A model generated the notes under the pieces. That model was not told the origin of the DNA. It saw nothing but the letters and a program-made list of their open reading frames with translations, and did not search any database. A DNA stretch of 64,000 bases from an uncultured Acidobacteriota bacterium (lineage in GTDB: Bacteria > Actinomycetota > Acidimicrobiia > Spongiisociales > ZC4RG35), in assembly GCA_963828465.1 (NCBI GenBank), contig CAWHEU010000018.1, positions 1-64,000 on the forward strand. The letters run 5' to 3'. Both the position numbers and the translations under genes were made by a program. This document shows positions 55,457 to 64,000 of this stretch, piece after piece. Within the stretch, counting starts at the first letter, position 1. Each line of letters starts with the position of its first letter.

Positions 55457-55986
55457 GCCGCTCCGTTCCTCTCCACCCAGACGCCCTCGTCCTGGTCGGC
55501 CGGGGGTATGCGCACACGCACGACCTCATCGTGGCTGGTGGGGAGATTCTTGCCGACGTAGTCGGCTCTGATCGGGAGCTGGCGATGGCCGCGGTCGACC
55601 AGGACCGCCAGCTCGGTCTGGCGAGCCCGGCCCAGGTCGGAGAGGGCGTCGAGAGCAGCGCGCACGGTCCGGCCGGTATAGAGGACGTCGTCGACCACGA
55701 CCACGCTGCGGTCTGAGATGTCGGCGGGAATCGCGGTCACAGCTGCGCCATGGATCGGGCGCAAGGCACGGTCATCGCGGTACTCGGCGATGTCGAGCTC
55801 GCCGACCGGGACCTCTACGCCTTCGAACTCGGCAATGAGCTCACCGAGAAGACGGGCCAGGTGGACTCCACGGGTATGGATGCCGACGATGACGACGGAT
55901 TCCGCGCCGCGGTGACGCTCGAGGATCTCATGGGCGATGCGGCGAACGGCTCGCTGGATGTCCTGGCCGTTCATCACCTGGGGCAT
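55453..55986 (-). CDS. pyrR: Pyrimidine operon regulator / uracil phosphoribosyltransferase
   Basis: RIAHEILER, GIHTRG, YRDD, VDDVLYTGRTVRAALDAL, DRGHRQLPIRADYVGKN. Confidence 0.96.
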   Translation of the reverse strand: MPQVMNGQDIQRAVRRIAHEILERHRGAESVVIVGIHTRGVHLARLLGELIAEFEGVEVPVGELDIAEYRDDRALRPIHGAAVTAIPADISDRSVVVVDDVLYTGRTVRAALDALSDLGRARQTELAVLVDRGHRQLPIRADYVGKNLPTSHDEVVRVRIPPADQDEGVWVERNGAA

Positions 55987-56021
55987 CGGCTCGACGCCGA
56001 TGGGACACTGCCCATCTCTCT

Positions 56022-56054
56022 CCTTCCCGGCCTCACCGGACCGTGTTTTAAAGG
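56022..56054 (-). promoter_or_regulatory. PyrR-binding RNA stem-loop
   Basis: CCUUUAAAACACGGUCCGGUGAGGCCGGGAAGG matches the CUUUAA...RGUCCNGNGAGGY...AAGG consensus. Its 3' arm contains an SD-like AAGGAG. Confidence 0.85.
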
Positions 56055-56140
56055 CAAGTCGACTTTAGCCGAGCAATCGCGTCACCTCGTAGTTGGGATC
56101 CACAGGTGTCACAGGCGGCACTGTTGCTCCCATCTACGTG

Positions 56141-56509
56141 TCAGGTCCGGGGAGCCCGTGCCAAGGCGGCGAGCACCCCATTGACGAAGGCGCCGGATCG
56201 CTCGGTGGAATAGGTCTTGGCCAGCCGCACCGCCTCCGATACGACCACCGCAGTTGGTGTCTCCGGTGCATGACGCAGCTCAAACAGGCCGAGACGGAGG
56301 ATCGAGCGATCGATGACCGGCATTCGGGCCACGCTCCAGTGCTCGGAAGCAGATTCGATCTCGTTGTCCAAACCCTCTTTGTGCTCGAGGACGCCACGAA
56401 CGAGGGTCCCGACCCTTCCGGTGAGGTCCTCGATGCCAGAGTTGTCACCTGTGATCTCGGCCTGATACAGGGCTTGGAGTGCCAGGTCTCGCGGCTCGTC
56501 CTGGCTCAT
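56141..56509 (-). CDS. nusB: Transcription antitermination factor NusB
   Basis: ALQALYQ, WSVARMPVIDRSILRLG, EAVRLAK, FVNGVL. Confidence 0.95.
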   Translation of the reverse strand: MSQDEPRDLALQALYQAEITGDNSGIEDLTGRVGTLVRGVLEHKEGLDNEIESASEHWSVARMPVIDRSILRLGLFELRHAPETPTAVVVSEAVRLAKTYSTERSGAFVNGVLAALARAPRT

Positions 56510-57063
56510 ACCCTGGTCAGGTATTCCCCCGAACGGGTATCGACCTTGACACGATCGCCCTGCTCGACGAAGAGGGGGACCTGGATCTGGATCCCGGTCT
56601 GCAGGGTGACCGGCTTGGTGGCGCCGGTCCTTGTGTCCCCTTTCACGGCGGGCTCCGCATAGGTGACCTCGAGCTCGACCGCTGCAGGCAGCTCCACCGC
56701 GATCGGGGTTCCGCGATAGAGGGAGAGACTGGCTGTCATTCCCTCGACCAGGAAGCCGGCCGCGCCGCCAACGTCGTCCCCGCTGAGAGCAAGCTGGCCG
56801 TAGTCGTCGAGATTCATGAAGTGGAAGCCGAGATCATCCCGATAGAGATACTGGTGGTCGCGTCGCTCGATGATCGCCTGGTCGACGTTCTCGTCGGCTC
56901 TGAAGGTGCGGTCCAGCACCTGGCCCGTCTCCAAGTTCTTGATCTTCATCCGAACGAAGGCCCTGCCCTTGCCCGGCTTCACGTGTTGGTACTCGACGAT
57001 GCTGAACAGGCCGTCGCTCAGCTGGAGCGCCATCCCCGGCTTGACGTCGTTGGTGCTGATCAT
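56506..57063 (-). CDS. efp: Elongation factor P
   Basis: HVKPGKGRAFVR, KGDT, VPLFVEQGD. Confidence 0.97.
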   Translation of the reverse strand: MISTNDVKPGMALQLSDGLFSIVEYQHVKPGKGRAFVRMKIKNLETGQVLDRTFRADENVDQAIIERRDHQYLYRDDLGFHFMNLDDYGQLALSGDDVGGAAGFLVEGMTASLSLYRGTPIAVELPAAVELEVTYAEPAVKGDTRTGATKPVTLQTGIQIQVPLFVEQGDRVKVDTRSGEYLTRV

Positions 57064-57107
57064 GATGCCCGCAGTGTGGTCCGACCCTCGAGAGAAGATA
57101 AACCGGA

Positions 57108-58133
57108 TCAGAGACCGACGGCGTCGAGGCCGAGTGCGAGATCGGCGCCTTCGACGTGCTCGACGACCGGATCGGCCACTGCCCGAAGCAGGACCATCCG
57201 CATCCCGCTCGAATCCCGTTTCTTGTCGTGACGAAGCAAATCCTCGACCCGGGCCCGCTCCAGACCATCGACCCTGGTGGGGAGACCGAGCCCGGCGATG
57301 GCACCGGACATCCTGTCCAAGCCCTGGAATCGGAGTCTTCTCTCTGAGATTCGGCCGGCGGCCACCATACCGACAGCCACCGATTCGCCGTGGGACAGCG
57401 GCGAGGCGTACTCGATGGCGTGGCCGATGGTGTGCCCGAAATTGAGGATCGCGCGCAAACCCGAATCTCGTTCGTCTTCCCCCACCACTCTGACCTTCAC
57501 CGCGGCTGCCTTGGTGACGACTTCCTCGAGAGAGGCCTCTTCGCCTTCCTGCTCGAGCAGCTCGAAGAGCTCCCTGTCACCCACGAGCCCGGTCTTGAGG
57601 GCTTCGGCCAGACCCTCCCGGCGAAGACTTGTCGGGAGGTCCTCCAGGATGGTCACATCGACGATCACCCTGGTCGGGTGCCAGAAGACCCCAACCAGGT
57701 TCTTACCCGCCAGGTTGACGCCGGTCTTTCCGCCGATGGCCGCGTCCACGGCCGCGAGAAGGGTCGTGGGGACATGTGCGGCTTCCACCCCACGAAGCCA
57801 GGTGCCGGCGACGAATCCGGCCAGATCGGACACCGACCCTCCGCCGACACCGACGACGGTGTCGTGGCGACCGAGGCCGAACCGGGCGAGAGCCTCGTAT
57901 ACCGATCCGGCGACAACCAGGGTCTTGGCCTCCTCCCTATCGGGGAGACCGATCACCTCGACCTGGAGGTCCTCGTCGCGCAATTGCCGCGCTACTTCGA
58001 GTGCGATGTGGGTGGCACCGGGCTGGGTGACGAGGGCCACCCGTTCGCGGTCGGATCGTGCCGGAAGGATCGGGTGGGGCAGGCCGCGCCCGACGACCAG
58101 CTCTGTCTTGCCTGCGACGATCAAGGCCTCCAA
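57108..58133 (-). CDS. aroB: 3-dehydroquinate synthase
   Basis: GGGSVSDLAGF, PTTLLAAVDAAIGGKTG, KNLVG, LNFGHTIGHA, HGESV, DKK. Confidence 0.95.
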   Translation of the reverse strand: MEALIVAGKTELVVGRGLPHPILPARSDRERVALVTQPGATHIALEVARQLRDEDLQVEVIGLPDREEAKTLVVAGSVYEALARFGLGRHDTVVGVGGGSVSDLAGFVAGTWLRGVEAAHVPTTLLAAVDAAIGGKTGVNLAGKNLVGVFWHPTRVIVDVTILEDLPTSLRREGLAEALKTGLVGDRELFELLEQEGEEASLEEVVTKAAAVKVRVVGEDERDSGLRAILNFGHTIGHAIEYASPLSHGESVAVGMVAAGRISERRLRFQGLDRMSGAIAGLGLPTRVDGLERARVEDLLRHDKKRDSSGMRMVLLRAVADPVVEHVEGADLALGLDAVGL

Positions 58134-58136
58134 GCG

Positions 58137-59294
58137 TCAGCCTCCGGGTCGGCCGGAGAGGCCAGACCGATAGCGATCGGCGGCGGCGACGAACTCATCG
58201 ACCGTGTCGCCGCCGAATTTCCTCTGGAACTCGGCAGCCAGGATGAAGGCGGTCATCTGCTCGCCGACGACGCCGGCAGCGGGGACGGCGCAGACATCGG
58301 ATCGTTCCCTGACTGCGTCGGCAGGCTCCCCGGTCGTCATGTCGACGGTGCGCAAGGGTCGCATCAAGGTGGATATGGGCTTCATCGCTCCCCGCACGCG
58401 GATCGTCTCACCGTTGCTGATTCCGCCCTCCGTGCCTCCGGCGCGGTTGGTTGGCCGGGTGAGGGCGCCATCGTCGAGCAGGATCTCGTCGTGTGACTTC
58501 GACCCGGGCAGGGCGGCCACCTCGAAGCCGTCGCCGATCTCGACACCCTTGATAGCCGGGATGGACATGATGGCCGTGGCGAGCAAGGCGTCTAGGCGAC
58601 GGTCGTAGTGGACGTGCGAGCCGATCCCCGGTGGCACGCCGAACCCGAGCACCTCGAATACCCCACCCAGCGTGTCGCGTTGCTCTTTGGCGTCTTCGAT
58701 TGCCGAGATCATCGCTTGCTCGGCGGTTGGGTCCAGGCAGCGAACCGGGCTGTCATCGACCCGGTCCTGGTCGTCAGGGCCGGGTGTCGGCCCCTCGCTC
58801 GAAGCAGGTCCGATCGCTACCACGTGGCTGAATACGCGCACTGCAACCGTGGAGAGGAAGATCTTGGAGAGGATCCCGGCCACGGTTCGGGCGGCGGTCT
58901 CCCGAGCAGAGGCACGTTCGAGGATGTCCCTCGCATCGTCGGTCCCGTACTTGAGCATGCCGGCCAGGTCGGCGTGTCCGGGCCGGGGGCGGGTCACCGT
59001 CTTCTTGGAGGCGGCGGGCTCCGGGCTCATCTCTTCAGCCCATCTCGGCCATTCGGTGTTGCGGATGAGAACCGCCACCGGTGAGCCGAGCGTCTGACCG
59101 TGCCTGATGCCGCCCAGGATCTCGATCTCGTCTCTCTCGATCGCCATGCGTTTGCCCCGCCCATACCCCATGCGCCGCCGCGCCAGCTCGTCGCTGATCT
59201 GCTCGGGTGTGACCTCGAGCCCGCGTGGAAGGCCTTCTACGATCGTGACCAGCCCCGGCCCGTGGGACTCGCCTGCGGTCATGAAGCGCAACAT
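58137..59294 (-). CDS. aroC: Chorismate synthase
   Basis: TAGESHG, RPGHAD, ERASARET, KPISTL, ERSDVCAV. Confidence 0.97.
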   Translation of the reverse strand: MLRFMTAGESHGPGLVTIVEGLPRGLEVTPEQISDELARRRMGYGRGKRMAIERDEIEILGGIRHGQTLGSPVAVLIRNTEWPRWAEEMSPEPAASKKTVTRPRPGHADLAGMLKYGTDDARDILERASARETAARTVAGILSKIFLSTVAVRVFSHVVAIGPASSEGPTPGPDDQDRVDDSPVRCLDPTAEQAMISAIEDAKEQRDTLGGVFEVLGFGVPPGIGSHVHYDRRLDALLATAIMSIPAIKGVEIGDGFEVAALPGSKSHDEILLDDGALTRPTNRAGGTEGGISNGETIRVRGAMKPISTLMRPLRTVDMTTGEPADAVRERSDVCAVPAAGVVGEQMTAFILAAEFQRKFGGDTVDEFVAAADRYRSGLSGRPGG

Positions 59295-59303
59295 GGCCAG
59301 ATG

Positions 59304-60083
59304 CTACGTCGGGATCGGGATAGCTCCCAGCCCCACCAGCATGATGGCGATCCACGCTCCGAGGATCATCGGGGGCCCATAGGGGACTTCGGCCCGCATC
59401 GCGTCACGAACGGTCATTTCCGCGCCTCCGGCCTTTCTCTGTCTCGATCTGCCGACCAACCCGGCAACCAGCACCCCGATGGAGAGAACACCACCGATGA
59501 GGGCGGTCAGGAAGACACTCCACCCCAGTGTGCCCCAGGAGAGATAGGCGGTGAACACCCCGAGCTGGGCGGACAGCTTCACGTCCCCGTAGCCGAACCC
59601 TCGCCCCCTCACCAGCAAGAACATGAGGTTGGTGCCCGCGAAGTAGGCCAGGCCCCCGAGGACGGCCCTGACCCAGGCTCCTCCGCTGGCGTCGGCCAGG
59701 GAAGCCACGCCGAGCGCCAGGACCAGAACGACCGTCCCGCGGATGTTCAGTCGGTCGACGATTCGGAACGAATCGATGTCAGTGATGCCGAGTGCGAGCG
59801 TGAGCCAGAGGAACCCGACATACGGGATGAGTGCCCAAGCAGGGCCGATGGTGTTGGCGAAGCCGACGGCGACGGCGATCCCTACTCCTATGAGCAGGAT
59901 CTCCCTTCCAATGGGCCGGTCGCAGCTGGGGCAACGCGCCGCCAGCCATCCCCTTCGGGTGCCGCACCGCGGGCAGGTGCCCGTCAGCGGGCGCAGTGGG
60001 AGGTCGAGAAGCGCCTGAGCGGCCAAGTCGTGTGCGACAAGAGCCCCCAGAAACCCAAATGCTCCGGCGATGAAGTTGTTCAC
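59304..60083 (-). CDS. Prepilin peptidase (A24) with N-terminal CxxC pairs
   Basis: CPRC...CPSC, ITDIDSFRI, GFGYGDVKL, VPYGP, multiple TM segments. Confidence 0.85.
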   Translation of the reverse strand: MNNFIAGAFGFLGALVAHDLAAQALLDLPLRPLTGTCPRCGTRRGWLAARCPSCDRPIGREILLIGVGIAVAVGFANTIGPAWALIPYVGFLWLTLALGITDIDSFRIVDRLNIRGTVVLVLALGVASLADASGGAWVRAVLGGLAYFAGTNLMFLLVRGRGFGYGDVKLSAQLGVFTAYLSWGTLGWSVFLTALIGGVLSIGVLVAGLVGRSRQRKAGGAEMTVRDAMRAEVPYGPPMILGAWIAIMLVGLGAIPIPT

Positions 60084-60140
60084 CGCCGGAGCAAGTTAGT
60101 GGTCGGGATGCGGGCTGGGATCGTGTGGACGACCGCCGGG

Positions 60141-61313
60141 TCAGCCTTCGTCGATCTCCTTGAGAACGGATCCCATGCGACGACGCCGGAGTAGGCCATG
60201 GCCCTCTTCCTCGACATCGGCCTTGCCGTTCACCTCGAGCTGGGAGAACACTTTCTCGAGGAACGCCTCGGTGTCGCCCTCGACATCGGGCTCGACCGGG
60301 GTCTCCAACGTCGCGGCATCGGAGTATGACTCCTCCTGCTCGCCGCTGTCGGTTGCCGGGGCGAAAGCCTCATCGCTGCCGGCGAAAGACTCGTCAGACT
60401 CATCCGACCTGACAAAGTGCCCGAAGCGGCTTTCCTTGGCCTCCTCAGCGATCGGCTCGAAGCCCTCCTCCTCCGCTGGCTCGAAAGCCTCCGGTGAGGT
60501 GACCTCGAAGACGGGCTGGTCGCCTGCGTCGGCCTCGATCTCGGCGGGAGCCTCGTCCTGTGGCTCGACCCACCAGGAATCTGCCTGGGAGGCAGGCTCG
60601 ATAGCGCCGGGCACGACCGGCTCAGAAGCCGGCTGCTCGGTCCAACCCTCGCCCAGAACGAGCAGCTGACGCTCGGTGAGCTCGGCCGTCACCTTGGCGA
60701 TCCAGAACTCAGTCGTACCGAGACGCTCGGCGATGGCGGCGACTGATGCCCCCGCGCCCAGCTCACAGAGCAGGCGCCAGGCCTCACGGTTCAGTTTGAT
60801 CTCATCCAGATCACCGGCATCACGGTTCATCCGAATCGTGGCGTCGAGGTCGTCGATCGTCTCATGGACGGCGGCCCACTCGTCGGCACGGCGGCGTGAA
60901 TCATCGAGGGCTGCCTCCAACTCGAAGGGCCGGGGACTCCCATAGGCAGTCACAGCGCCTTCGGTGACCTCGAACGTCGCGCCCTTGACGCCGAGGTGGT
61001 ACAGACTCTCGACCGTGATCTCACGGAGCAGGTCGATGATGACCTGCTCTCGATCATGGAGATCGGAGAACGACGATTCACCGGAGACAACTTTGCGAAG
61101 GAAGGCGTCGTCTACGTATCCGGAATTGACCAAATGCTTGTGCAGGTCACGGTCCTCGGATGTAGTTGCCAGGGCGATGCCCTTCTTGGCCACGAAGACG
61201 CGTCCACGGATGTCCTCACCGCGCACCTCGACGGACCCACGCTGATCGGATCGCATCAAGAGTCGCAGCACCTCATCGAGAGGGACAAAACCGAGATTTC
61301 CAGAAAGAGCCAC
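60141..61313 (-). CDS. DUF4388 (PatA-N-like) domain protein with acidic disordered C-terminus
   Basis: AAGGAG RBS, MALSGNLGFVPLDEVLRLL...GSVEV...GRVFV, RRRADEWAAV, long E/D-rich tail. Confidence 0.75.
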   Translation of the reverse strand: MALSGNLGFVPLDEVLRLLMRSDQRGSVEVRGEDIRGRVFVAKKGIALATTSEDRDLHKHLVNSGYVDDAFLRKVVSGESSFSDLHDREQVIIDLLREITVESLYHLGVKGATFEVTEGAVTAYGSPRPFELEAALDDSRRRADEWAAVHETIDDLDATIRMNRDAGDLDEIKLNREAWRLLCELGAGASVAAIAERLGTTEFWIAKVTAELTERQLLVLGEGWTEQPASEPVVPGAIEPASQADSWWVEPQDEAPAEIEADAGDQPVFEVTSPEAFEPAEEEGFEPIAEEAKESRFGHFVRSDESDESFAGSDEAFAPATDSGEQEESYSDAATLETPVEPDVEGDTEAFLEKVFSQLEVNGKADVEEEGHGLLRRRRMGSVLKEIDEG

Positions 61314-61372
61314 TTCAACTACTCCTTGGCTTGAAGACTTAGCCACAAAATCGGCCGCTCTAGTCCGACGCT

Positions 61373-62156
61373 TTAGGCGTTTCTCGCTGCTCGAACCATG
61401 ACTTCCATCGGAGCCGGCACCCCCGTCCACCATTCGAACGAAGCCGCCGCCTGCAGGACGAGAAATTCGACTCCATCCATGAACGGCAACCCCACCGTCC
61501 GGGCACCAGCCACGGAGAGGGTCTCGCCCAGCCCGTAGGGCAGGTCGATGAGGCCGGAAGCGGTCGCGGTGATCGCCCCGGGCAGTCGCTCACCACCCAT
61601 GCCCAGCGGTGTGGCATTCACCACCAATGCGCCGCTGACGCCGACACCGAGAGGAACCACACCTCCACTTCCGATCCTCTCGATCAGCGCTGTCGCTCGT
61701 TGCATGTGTCGGGCGGCGACATATACCGCTCGCCCGGCGGCTCCGATCATGGCCGCTGCCGCGGCACCGCCGGCGCCCAGGATCAGGACCGGGGCCGATT
61801 GGTCGAATCTCTCATCCGAGAACGCCCGAGCCGATGCGACTACATCGGTGCTGTGACCCTCGATCCAGACCGGATCGCGGTCGCAGGGTGTTGACCGAGC
61901 CGCTCGCAGCAGCTTCAACGGTCAGGTCATCGGCCAACGCCGCCGCCTCCAACTTCAGTGGCATAGTGACGTTCGCCCCATCCAGCGAGCCTTTCCTGAG
62001 CTCCGACACCACATTGCTCAGCTGCCCTCCTCTGACCCGTCTCGCCACGTACGAGCCATCGATGCCGAGATGGGCCATGGCCGCGTTATGGATGGCAGGC
62101 GAACGTGAATGCTCGATAGGGTCGCCGAGCACGGCGAGATGGAGAGTGGACTGCAT
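61373..62156 (-). CDS. aroE: Shikimate dehydrogenase; frameshift near 61880
   Basis: VLGDPIEHSRSPAIHN, GANVTMPLK, SVNTL / GHSTD, LGAGGAA, NATPLGM, LVLQAAASFEWWTG. Confidence 0.92.
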
Positions 62157-62186
62157 CGCCGCCAGTGTTGCAGCGACCGTCAACGC

Positions 62187-63289
62187 CTAGGGAAGAACCC
62201 CGTCTTCTCGGGACTGGGCAACATTGGCGTTGTGCTCGTCCAGCGTGGCGGCAAAAGCGTGGTGCCCTTCCAGGTCGGATAGGACGTAATACAGAAAGTC
62301 TGTCTGGGCCGGGGCCGCGGCAGCATTCAGCGAGGCACGACCCGGCGTGGATATTGGGGTGGGAGGGAGCCCGTTGACCAGGTATGTGTTGTAGGGCGAG
62401 TCCACCTCCCGGTCGAACTGCGCCGGATCGTCTGTGCCGAGGGCGTAGAGGACAGTGGCGTCGATGTCGAGCTTCATACCCATGTTCAGGCGGTTGTGGA
62501 TCACGCTGGACACGGTCGGGCGCTCCTCGTCCAACTGGGCCTCCGACTCGATCAGGGAAGCGATCTTCAATCCGTCGTACGGCGTCATCCCTGCGGATTC
62601 CAGGTTGGCCCAGTCGATGCTTCCCACTCGCTGCTCCATCGTCGAAGCGAGCCGTTGCAGGATGTCCACCGGCTCGGCCGAGCTGGCGAACTCATATGTA
62701 TCCGGGAAGAGCAGTCCCTCCCAGTTGGCCAGGGTCGGCTCCGCCGGCATCTGGGCGAGGGATGTCTCCACGTCGCCACTCAGCAACGCCGCCTCGAAGT
62801 CGGCATATGGCAGGCCGGATGCTTCGGCAAGGGCGGTCAGGATCTCTTCACCTTCAAACCCTCGATCACTGTGGCCCGGTAGACATCAGCCACCGGCCCG
62901 ACCACGAGCATGGCCACCACCTCGTTGGGGTCCATGACGGTCTGCATGCCGTAGGTCCCGGCCTGGAGCCGGGCATCCGCCTCGTTGTTGCGCACCGCCA
63001 CCTCGAACTCGAGTGCAGAGCGAACGACGCCCTGGGCGGCGAGGATGGCGCCGATGTCCTCGGCAGTCGACCCCGATGGGATCTCGATCGTCACGTCCTG
63101 CCCGGGCTGGACGGACACCGGGCTGGCCGAGGGATCGTCGGAGTTGAAGGTGGAACCGACGAGACGACCAAGGTAGGAGCCCCCGCCGACCACGGCGACC
63201 CCGGCCAGGACCACCAGTCCGATGGTGGCGACGATCTTGCTCACGCGAATCCACGGAGTGGGCTGTTCTGGCGCAGGTTCGTATGTCAT
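62187..63289 (-). CDS. mltG: Endolytic transglycosylase MltG (YceG); frameshift near 62845
   Basis: TM, IPSGST, LQAGTY, TVIEG / EGLLFPDTY, ASLIESEA, VIHNRL, DSPYNTY, GLPPTPI. Confidence 0.93.
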
Positions 63290-63690
63290 TTGGTTCGGTC
63301 CAGATAGTCCTGAAGGATGATTGCGGCTGCCACCTTGTCGACGTTCTCTCTCCGCTTCCGGCGTTTCATGCCCGATTCGAGGAGAGCATCGTCGGCGATT
63401 CTCGAGGTGTACCGCTCGTCGGCCAGGATGATTTCGGCCCCTGTCGCGGCGCCTAGCTCATCCGCAAGTTTCCTGGCTTCGGATGCGGACATCCCTTCAT
63501 CACCACTCAGCCCGGTGGGGAGGCCAACGACAATGGTACCGATATCGTGTTCTTTGACGAGGTTCACCACCTCGTCCACCACCGCCGACCGTGGCACAAC
63601 AGAGAGTGGGCGGGCCGTGATCCCGAGGGAATCCGATATGGCCAGACCGACCCGCTTCGTCCCGTAATCGACGCCGAGGGACCGGCTCAC
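63286..63690 (-). CDS. ruvX: Holliday junction resolvase-like / pre-16S nuclease RuvX (YqgF)
   Basis: GVDYGTKRVGLAISD, VVGLP, DERYTS, VDKVAAAIILQDYLD. Confidence 0.95.
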   Translation of the reverse strand: MSRSLGVDYGTKRVGLAISDSLGITARPLSVVPRSAVVDEVVNLVKEHDIGTIVVGLPTGLSGDEGMSASEARKLADELGAATGAEIILADERYTSRIADDALLESGMKRRKRRENVDKVAAAIILQDYLDRTK

Positions 63691-64000
63691 AGACTCCCGA
63701 TGAGACGTTCGGCGCTGTCCCGGGCCCGCTCCAGGGCGTCATCGAGACGGTCGCCGTGGGGGCCCCCGGCCTGGGCGAGCTCTGGATCGCGGGAGCCGCC
63801 CCCGCCGAGCTCGGTCGCAGCCTCTGAGATGATCGCCGCGGCCGAGACCCCGGCTTCCACCAGGTCCTTCGTCACCACCCCGACCAGGGAACCCTTCCCG
63901 GCCAGGGCGGATCCGGCAACCACCACCGCAGGTGAGCCGAGGCGATCCCTTACGCCCAGGGCGAGCTGGCGCAGAGAATTGGGGTCGAGGTCAGGCGCGG
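63687..64000 (-). CDS. alaS: Alanine--tRNA ligase, C-terminal DHHA1 part (runs off the right edge)
   Basis: LRQLALGVRDRLG...LGGGGSRDPELAQAGG; canonical alaS-ruvX-mltG order. Confidence 0.9.
   Translation of the reverse strand, partial: APDLDPNSLRQLALGVRDRLGSPAVVVAGSALAGKGSLVGVVTKDLVEAGVSAAAIISEAATELGGGGSRDPELAQAGGPHGDRLDDALERARDSAERLIGSL

Overview
This high-GC window looks like a chimera of two genomes joined at about 9.49 kb. The left part (1 to ~9490) is heavily frameshifted DNA from a diderm, Acidobacteria/Planctomycete-like organism. It carries a HupE/UreJ protein, a cytochrome c + Cu-monooxygenase-like protein, OmpH/Skp, a SoxCD-like sulfite oxidase pair, a MITE/REP-like element and a DUF1592/DUF1552 cytochrome cluster. 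The right part (~9490 to 64000) is actinobacterial, probably Acidimicrobiia, core chromosome. It starts with a truncated rnhB, an aconitase X pair, a PAS kinase, galE, a phosphosugar mutase, an amidase, a beta-helix + WecG islet, trx, ybaK, SURF1, an ssb-like gene and a TPR gene. A complete minus-strand rRNA operon follows, then the conserved block alaS-ruvX-mltG-aro-efp-nusB-pyr-car-mihF-gmk-rpoZ-coaBC-metK-priA-def-fmt-rpe-rib-infC-rpmI-rplT-pheST-mpg-tyrS. The standout feature is a 734-nt group I intron at 23S position L1923 (the I-CeuI site), whose single-motif LAGLIDADG gene overlaps the ribozyme core. Regulatory elements seen are a PyrR-binding leader with a possible coupled uORF switch, an L20-type infC leader with an AUC start, and a SigH/SigR-type promoter before a thioredoxin with a His-rich tail. 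Scattered single-base frameshifts in essential genes point to long-read consensus errors. All calls come from reading motifs by eye; no database searches were run.
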